Shown here: in pieces, positions 59,306-64,000 of the stretch | Layout: every line of letters starts with the position of its first letter | Position numbering within the stretch: the stretch's first letter is position 1 | Origin: an uncultured archaeon | GTDB lineage: Archaea > Thermoproteota > EX4484-205 > JAAOZP01 | Direction: 5' to 3' | Assembly (NCBI GenBank): GCA_938045545.1 | Contig: CALIBN010000007.1 | Span: 1-64,000, forward strand | DNA: 64,000 bases | Program-made: the position numbers and the translations under genes | The notes under the pieces: generated by a model | What the model was told of the DNA's origin: nothing | What the model saw: the letters and a program-made list of their open reading frames with translations, nothing else | Database searches by the model: none

Positions 59306-60883
59306 TTGGGAAACCAACTGAAAGGGAAATTGCTCAGAGAAGCCTCTTCAAAAAGGCAGGATGGCGGAAAGAAAATAGTGTTAACCGCGTCTGCAGTGGA
59401 AATGAGCGATTTCAACCTAAACCCGTTCATAGCCTTTTCAGCAGGGTTCCCCCTGCCATTTTCTAAGAGGCTCCTCAGGGAAAGGCTTTATCCTCCGCCA
59501 CCGTTAAACGATGATGGAACCATTAAGCATGCCCCATACGGCTTGAGAAAAATAGAGTCTCTCCTTGTAGACGAGTTTGGCGAGGAGAACGTTGCAACCG
59601 TTTACCCGACCATGCTTGAAATGTTCGTAGGAAAGGAAACAAGGGTTGTAGGGATTTCTTCAATGGATCCGTTGGGGATAGGGTTTGTAAGCAGGACCTA
59701 CACGAGCCTTATCGGTATAGATGGTAAGCCCGTCACAAGAGTGGAGTTTGAAACACTTCTTTCCAACCCTGTTTTCAAGAAGTACAGGCCTAAAGTAGTG
59801 TTGGGTGGAAGCGGTGCTTGGCAAGTTGTCAAGACAGGGGTTCAGCAGAAGCTAGGGATAGACAGTGTGGTGATGGGCGAGGCTGAGGAGGATGTTGTAA
59901 ACCTCTTCAGAAAAGCCTTGAACGGTGAAGAGCTTCCGAAGCAGCTGGTGTGTAGTAGGCCCGTGCTTGAAAAAGTTCCGTGCATTAAGAAAGCATCCCT
60001 GTTCGGTGTTGTTGAAGTCACGCGGGGATGCGGAAGAGGATGTCAATTCTGCTCTCCCACGCTTAGACAGAGATACTCATTTCCTCTGGAACACGTATTG
60101 AAAGAGGTTGACATAAACGCTAGAAGCGGAACCAGGATGATAACTCTTCAGACTGACGATATATTTCTGTATAAGGCGGATTCTAGTTTCACGCCGAACG
60201 GGGATGCGGTGTTTGAACTGGTTGACTCAGTAGCTAAAGTTAAAGGAGTAAAGTATATTCAGGTGGCGCACGCGGCTCTTACGCCTGTAGTCTATGACCG
60301 TGGGCTTGTTGAAAAAATAGCGCCCACGCTCGTTGAGAAGTCCAGATGGACTTACTTGAACAATCAGAGGTATGCGACTTTCGAAATAGGTATTGAAACC
60401 GGGAGTGTCAGACTGATGGAGAAATACATGAGGGGGAAGGCGCTGCCATACACGCCTGAAAAGTGGCCTGATATTGTGGTTCAAGCTCTTGGGATACTTA
60501 ACGACAACCAGATATATCCTTTAGCGACACTCGTAATGGGTCTTCCCACTGAAAACGAGGAGGACGTTACTGCAACCCTTGAGCTGCTCGACAGGTTGAA
60601 GAATAATAGGGTCTTCTTTGTCCCCCTGCTATTCACATCTGAGGAGGATTGCGTTTTAAACAGGGAGAACCATGCCGACTTGCATAGTTTATCAGAGCTT
60701 CACTGGGATGTTTTCTCAACGTGTTGGAGGCACAACGTGAAAACGTGGAGGGGAAACGGCTTTCAACATTTTATCAGAATCGGGGGATTATTCGCCTACT
60801 TGGTTTACTACAGGCGGCTGCACGGCCCCTGGGTCCTAAAACATATTCTAAAGGTTTCAGGTTGGGGTGAAGAACTGCAATAG
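59306..60883 (+). CDS. Archaeal radical SAM protein of the Grs/Gms (tetraether-lipid-modifying) type
   Basis: PYGLRKIE, DPLG.G..S.T, GGSGAWQ, EVTRGCGRGCQFC, GIETGS.RL, KALP...E.WP, GLP.E...DV, VPL.F. Confidence 0.7.
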   Translation: MGNQLKGKLLREASSKRQDGGKKIVLTASAVEMSDFNLNPFIAFSAGFPLPFSKRLLRERLYPPPPLNDDGTIKHAPYGLRKIESLLVDEFGEENVATVYPTMLEMFVGKETRVVGISSMDPLGIGFVSRTYTSLIGIDGKPVTRVEFETLLSNPVFKKYRPKVVLGGSGAWQVVKTGVQQKLGIDSVVMGEAEEDVVNLFRKALNGEELPKQLVCSRPVLEKVPCIKKASLFGVVEVTRGCGRGCQFCSPTLRQRYSFPLEHVLKEVDINARSGTRMITLQTDDIFLYKADSSFTPNGDAVFELVDSVAKVKGVKYIQVAHAALTPVVYDRGLVEKIAPTLVEKSRWTYLNNQRYATFEIGIETGSVRLMEKYMRGKALPYTPEKWPDIVVQALGILNDNQIYPLATLVMGLPTENEEDVTATLELLDRLKNNRVFFVPLLFTSEEDCVLNRENHADLHSLSELHWDVFSTCWRHNVKTWRGNGFQHFIRIGGLFAYLVYYRRLHGPWVLKHILKVSGWGEELQ

Positions 60884-60888
60884 AGGTT

Positions 60889-61182
60889 CTAAGGGTCTGC
60901 AATCATATCTCTAAGCGCTTTATCAACTATTCTCGCTATCTCGACTAGCCCAACCAGTATGCAGGGCACTCCCCTAAGCCTAGCCAAGTCAGCCGTCATC
61001 TGGTCCTGCGTGATGATTACGAGGCTGTTTCTAGCCGCGTGTTCAACTATTATCTCGTCCTCCGCCCCCTTTAAACCCACGTCGTCAACCGTCTGAGCAT
61101 CCCACCCAAGTGTTTTAAGAAACGGCTTTAAACCGGAGTACATTTCGTCCAATAGTATCTTGACGTTTTTCACGAATAGCAT
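60889..61182 (-). CDS. PIN-like domain protein (DUF5615/Mut7-C type)
   Basis: ILLDEM, L..LG.D, D..I...A, IITQD. Confidence 0.75.
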   Translation of the reverse strand: MLFVKNVKILLDEMYSGLKPFLKTLGWDAQTVDDVGLKGAEDEIIVEHAARNSLVIITQDQMTADLARLRGVPCILVGLVEIARIVDKALRDMIADP

Positions 61183-61268
61183 CCTGTTCAGGCTTTTCTT
61201 TAATCTTTTCTCTACTAAAGTTGAAGACAATCTTAAACGCAAAAGTCTTATAAAAGAGAGGCTGCTTT

Positions 61269-62399
61269 ATGATTCGTCGGATGTGGGTTCTCAGAAGCGA
61301 TGCGGTAACCGTGTGGAACAATAAGGATGTTCAGAAAAGGCTCTCATGGTATAGGGCTGTTATGAAAAACCTTAAACCAGCCAAATTCCTAATAGCTAAA
61401 AGCATCCCGGCACAGGTCGGGGTTAAGGATTTAGAGAACATGAAGGAGGAGGAGCTCTGGAGGCTTCATGAAAAGCTTAGCTTAGAGTTCAGGAGAATCC
61501 ATGAGTCTGTGAAGACAGGTAAGGCTGGTGAGACCACTCCTGCAGAAGTAAGCTTCCTAGATGTAAAGATAATGCTCTCTGAAAGACTTGTTGAACACTG
61601 CGAGTTTTGCGAGAGAAGGTGCAGAGTGAACCGGAGGAGGGGGGAGCAAGGGTTCTGCAGAGTAGGGTTTGTAAGCAGGGTTTCAACATGGTTCCACCAC
61701 TTCGGGGAGGAGGGACCGTTAATAGGCGAGGGAGGCTCTGGAACAATATTCTTCGCAGGCTGCAACCTCGGGCCTTGCGTCTACTGTCAGAACTGGGATA
61801 TCTCTTCAGATCCTGGGAACGGGGGCGAGGTTAATCCGAGAACACTGGCGCTAATCAGCAGGAGGCTTAGTGCCGAGAATGCTGCAAACATAAACTACGT
61901 GGGGGGAGACCCGACGCCGAATCTCCATACAATACTCTCATCCCTTAAACATTTGGATGTAAACATTCCGCAGCTCTGGAACAGCAACATGTATTGCAGC
62001 ACTGAGGCTATGAGGCTTCTCGCTGAAGTCATAGACATATGGCTACCGGACTTCAAGTATGGCAGCGACGAATGCGCCAGAAGGCTTTCAAAGGTGGAAA
62101 AATATTTCGAAGTGGTGGCGAGAAACCACAGGATTGCCTACGAGAACGGCGATATGATAATAAGACACCTGGTTCTTCCTAACCATCTAGAGTGTTGCAC
62201 CAAGCCTGTTTTAAAATGGATATCTGAAAACACTCCTAACGTTCTCGTGAACATAATGGGCCAGTATCATCCGGATTACTTGGTGGCGAGAAACCCTGGA
62301 GCGTATCCAGATATCGCTAGAAGGCCTAGTGCGAGAGAGATGCAGGAAGCCTATGATTACGCGAGAAGGCTTAACATAGTTTTCGAACCGGTGTCCTAG
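61269..62399 (+). CDS. PflX-like radical SAM protein
   Basis: CEFCERRCRVNR..G.C, HFGEE, SGTIFF.GC..CVYCQNWDIS, NIN.VGG.PTP, DFKYG, IRHLVLP.H, NIM.QY.P. Start may be 61281. Confidence 0.85.
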   Translation: MIRRMWVLRSDAVTVWNNKDVQKRLSWYRAVMKNLKPAKFLIAKSIPAQVGVKDLENMKEEELWRLHEKLSLEFRRIHESVKTGKAGETTPAEVSFLDVKIMLSERLVEHCEFCERRCRVNRRRGEQGFCRVGFVSRVSTWFHHFGEEGPLIGEGGSGTIFFAGCNLGPCVYCQNWDISSDPGNGGEVNPRTLALISRRLSAENAANINYVGGDPTPNLHTILSSLKHLDVNIPQLWNSNMYCSTEAMRLLAEVIDIWLPDFKYGSDECARRLSKVEKYFEVVARNHRIAYENGDMIIRHLVLPNHLECCTKPVLKWISENTPNVLVNIMGQYHPDYLVARNPGAYPDIARRPSAREMQEAYDYARRLNIVFEPVS

Positions 62400-63322
62400 C
62401 TAACCCGGTTATCCCAATATGGTTTTTTCAACATAATTGCCTCAATAAACCTCCTTTTTAAATCATCATCGCCGCCGCCTGAACGCATTAACCCCACTAT
62501 GTCCACCAAATTATCGTTTCTCAACAAGCAGGGCTTCAGCCTCCCGTCGCAAGTAACCCTGAGCTTAGAGCAGTGGGAGCAGAAGTCAGGGTTCCCAGTG
62601 GGCGAGACTATTTCGACTAGAACCGTCCTTCCGTTTCTGGGGAGCATGTAGATGGGGCGTTGTCCAGTGTAGTTGACAGTTTTCCCGGCTGATTTTGAGG
62701 AGATGGTTTTTTCAACATACTTAAGGCTGACGTGAAACTCTTGGAAAACCTTCTCACCACCCGGAATCGGCTGGAGCTCTATGAGCTGGAGAACAGCCCC
62801 AATGGAGCCAGCGTAATCCAGCATCTTTTCAACATCCTCTTCGTTAACCCCTTTCAGAACAACCATATTTATCTTAACAGGGTTTAGGCCACTCTCTAAT
62901 GCAGCATTTATCCCTTTGAAAACCCTTGAAACATCCCCGCCACCAGTTATCAGGCTGTACTTTGAAGAATCGAGACTAGGAAGGTTAACGTTAACTCTTG
63001 CTAGTCCCGCGTCCTTAAGATCCCCAGCGTATTTTTCAAGGAGGACACCGTTTGTAACGAGCGAAACCTCCCTGACGAGCGGGGAGATCGCTTTCACCAT
63101 GTCGACAACGTCTTCTCTAACCAGTGGTTCTCCACCGGTTATCTTAACAGTTTCAACGCCTATGCTGCTAGCGACCTCGACGATTTTTCTAACCTCGTTT
63201 AAAGCCATGCTTCTCCTAGGAGGAGGGTTCCATTCCCTGTGGCAGAAGAAGCAATTAAGGTTGCAGTTCTCCGTAACGGATATCCTGAGGTTTTTCAATG
63301 GCCCTTCGGCCTGTTGAAACAT
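62396..63322 (-). CDS. moaA: GTP 3',8-cyclase
   Basis: LRISVT..CNLNCFFCH, TGGEPL, TNG, K.NMV, CSHCSKLR.T.DG.LKPCL. Confidence 0.92.
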   Translation of the reverse strand: MFQQAEGPLKNLRISVTENCNLNCFFCHREWNPPPRRSMALNEVRKIVEVASSIGVETVKITGGEPLVREDVVDMVKAISPLVREVSLVTNGVLLEKYAGDLKDAGLARVNVNLPSLDSSKYSLITGGGDVSRVFKGINAALESGLNPVKINMVVLKGVNEEDVEKMLDYAGSIGAVLQLIELQPIPGGEKVFQEFHVSLKYVEKTISSKSAGKTVNYTGQRPIYMLPRNGRTVLVEIVSPTGNPDFCSHCSKLRVTCDGRLKPCLLRNDNLVDIVGLMRSGGGDDDLKRRFIEAIMLKKPYWDNRVS

Positions 63323-63503
63323 TGCGAAAATACTAAAACTCGGTTATAAAAAATTTTACTGGTTACTATGAATGGTCGATGTTTAAACGTTTACAAAACG
63401 CCTCCTGAAAACGTCTTTCAGTTTAAAAAAAGCATGATCTAATGATTTTTATACCCCAAAACTTTATAAGTTCAAAAAAAGTATTTTACATGGTGAAAAG
63501 AGT

Positions 63504-64000
63504 TTGAGTGAGACGAAAACAGTCTCCGTCATAGAAGAGTTAAAAGCAGGTTTCACCGTTAAAGCAATAATCCTCGCAATAGTCTTCGGAATAATAGGGC
63601 TCTTCGCAAACATAGCTACTTGGTGGGGCCTAGGGATAAGCTTAGAACCTGTTTTTGCAGGCAGAGTAGGGGCACCAATATACCCACCATACGGGCTCGT
63701 TTTCATACTTATTCTTGTAAGTCTGTTCATAAAGGCTTTGACGATCCAGGAGATCGCGGTGATCACTACAATAGCGTTCATAACTGCAGACAGCCCGTTC
63801 GTCATCGGCGCTTTCCTACAATTCATATTTGCAGGAACCTACTTGGTTAAGACCAACCCCAACGTAGAGGCCCTGCTAAAGTATTACCCGCCGCTGTGGA
63901 CCCCGGGCGACTATGACCTGATCGCCCCCGCTTGGGCGGGAAGGGCAGCTGTACCATTGGGCAGGTTGCTCCCATACCTAGCGTTCTGGATGATAATTAT
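63504..64000 (+). CDS. Partial polytopic membrane protein (DUF6785/OPT-like transporter), runs off window
   Basis: TTG start with GGTGA SD; open frame SETKT...GFTVKAIILAIV...LTIQEIAV...YPPLWTP...G..AVP....PYLAFW; not in the ORF track because it has no stop in the window. Confidence 0.6.
   Translation, partial: MSETKTVSVIEELKAGFTVKAIILAIVFGIIGLFANIATWWGLGISLEPVFAGRVGAPIYPPYGLVFILILVSLFIKALTIQEIAVITTIAFITADSPFVIGAFLQFIFAGTYLVKTNPNVEALLKYYPPLWTPGDYDLIAPAWAGRAAVPLGRLLPYLAFWMII

Noticed and set aside
1-64000. CRISPR arrays, tRNA/rRNA genes, IS elements, and the many short overlapping ORFs in the track
   Set aside because: No spaced direct repeats, cloverleafs or transposase motifs seen by eye; the short ORFs are antisense or alternate-frame shadows of well-supported genes.

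Overview
Gene-dense 64-kb segment of an archaeal chromosome. The evidence is BRE/TATA boxes about 22-33 nt upstream of start codons, a split GMP synthase B subunit, archaeal-type MoaA/MoaD and a Grs/Gms-like radical SAM. Gene content best fits an anaerobic, saccharolytic TACK archaeon (Brockarchaeota- or Bathyarchaeia-like; this assignment is inference). Carbohydrate scavenging dominates: GHL10, GH29, GH106-like, GH2, a BNR/sialidase-like protein, CE4, YdjC, NagA, a FucI-like isomerase, FGGY and PfkB kinases. The window also has a corrinoid methyl-transfer module (MtaC, MtaB, RACo-type activator, URO-D-like protein), an EtfBA-lactate dehydrogenase operon, several ABC systems (one paired with DUF1854), molybdopterin biosynthesis genes and a large surface protein. 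The most striking feature is missing from the ORF track: a decayed, membrane-anchored N-acetylmuramoyl-L-alanine amidase gene lying between two GHL10 (DigH-like) glycosidase genes, i.e. a candidate archaeal peptidoglycan-degrading locus. Also notable is an operon whose DapA-like and PreA-like enzymes have altered active sites. I saw no rRNA, tRNA, CRISPR array or transposase. All family calls come from motif recognition by eye, not database searches.
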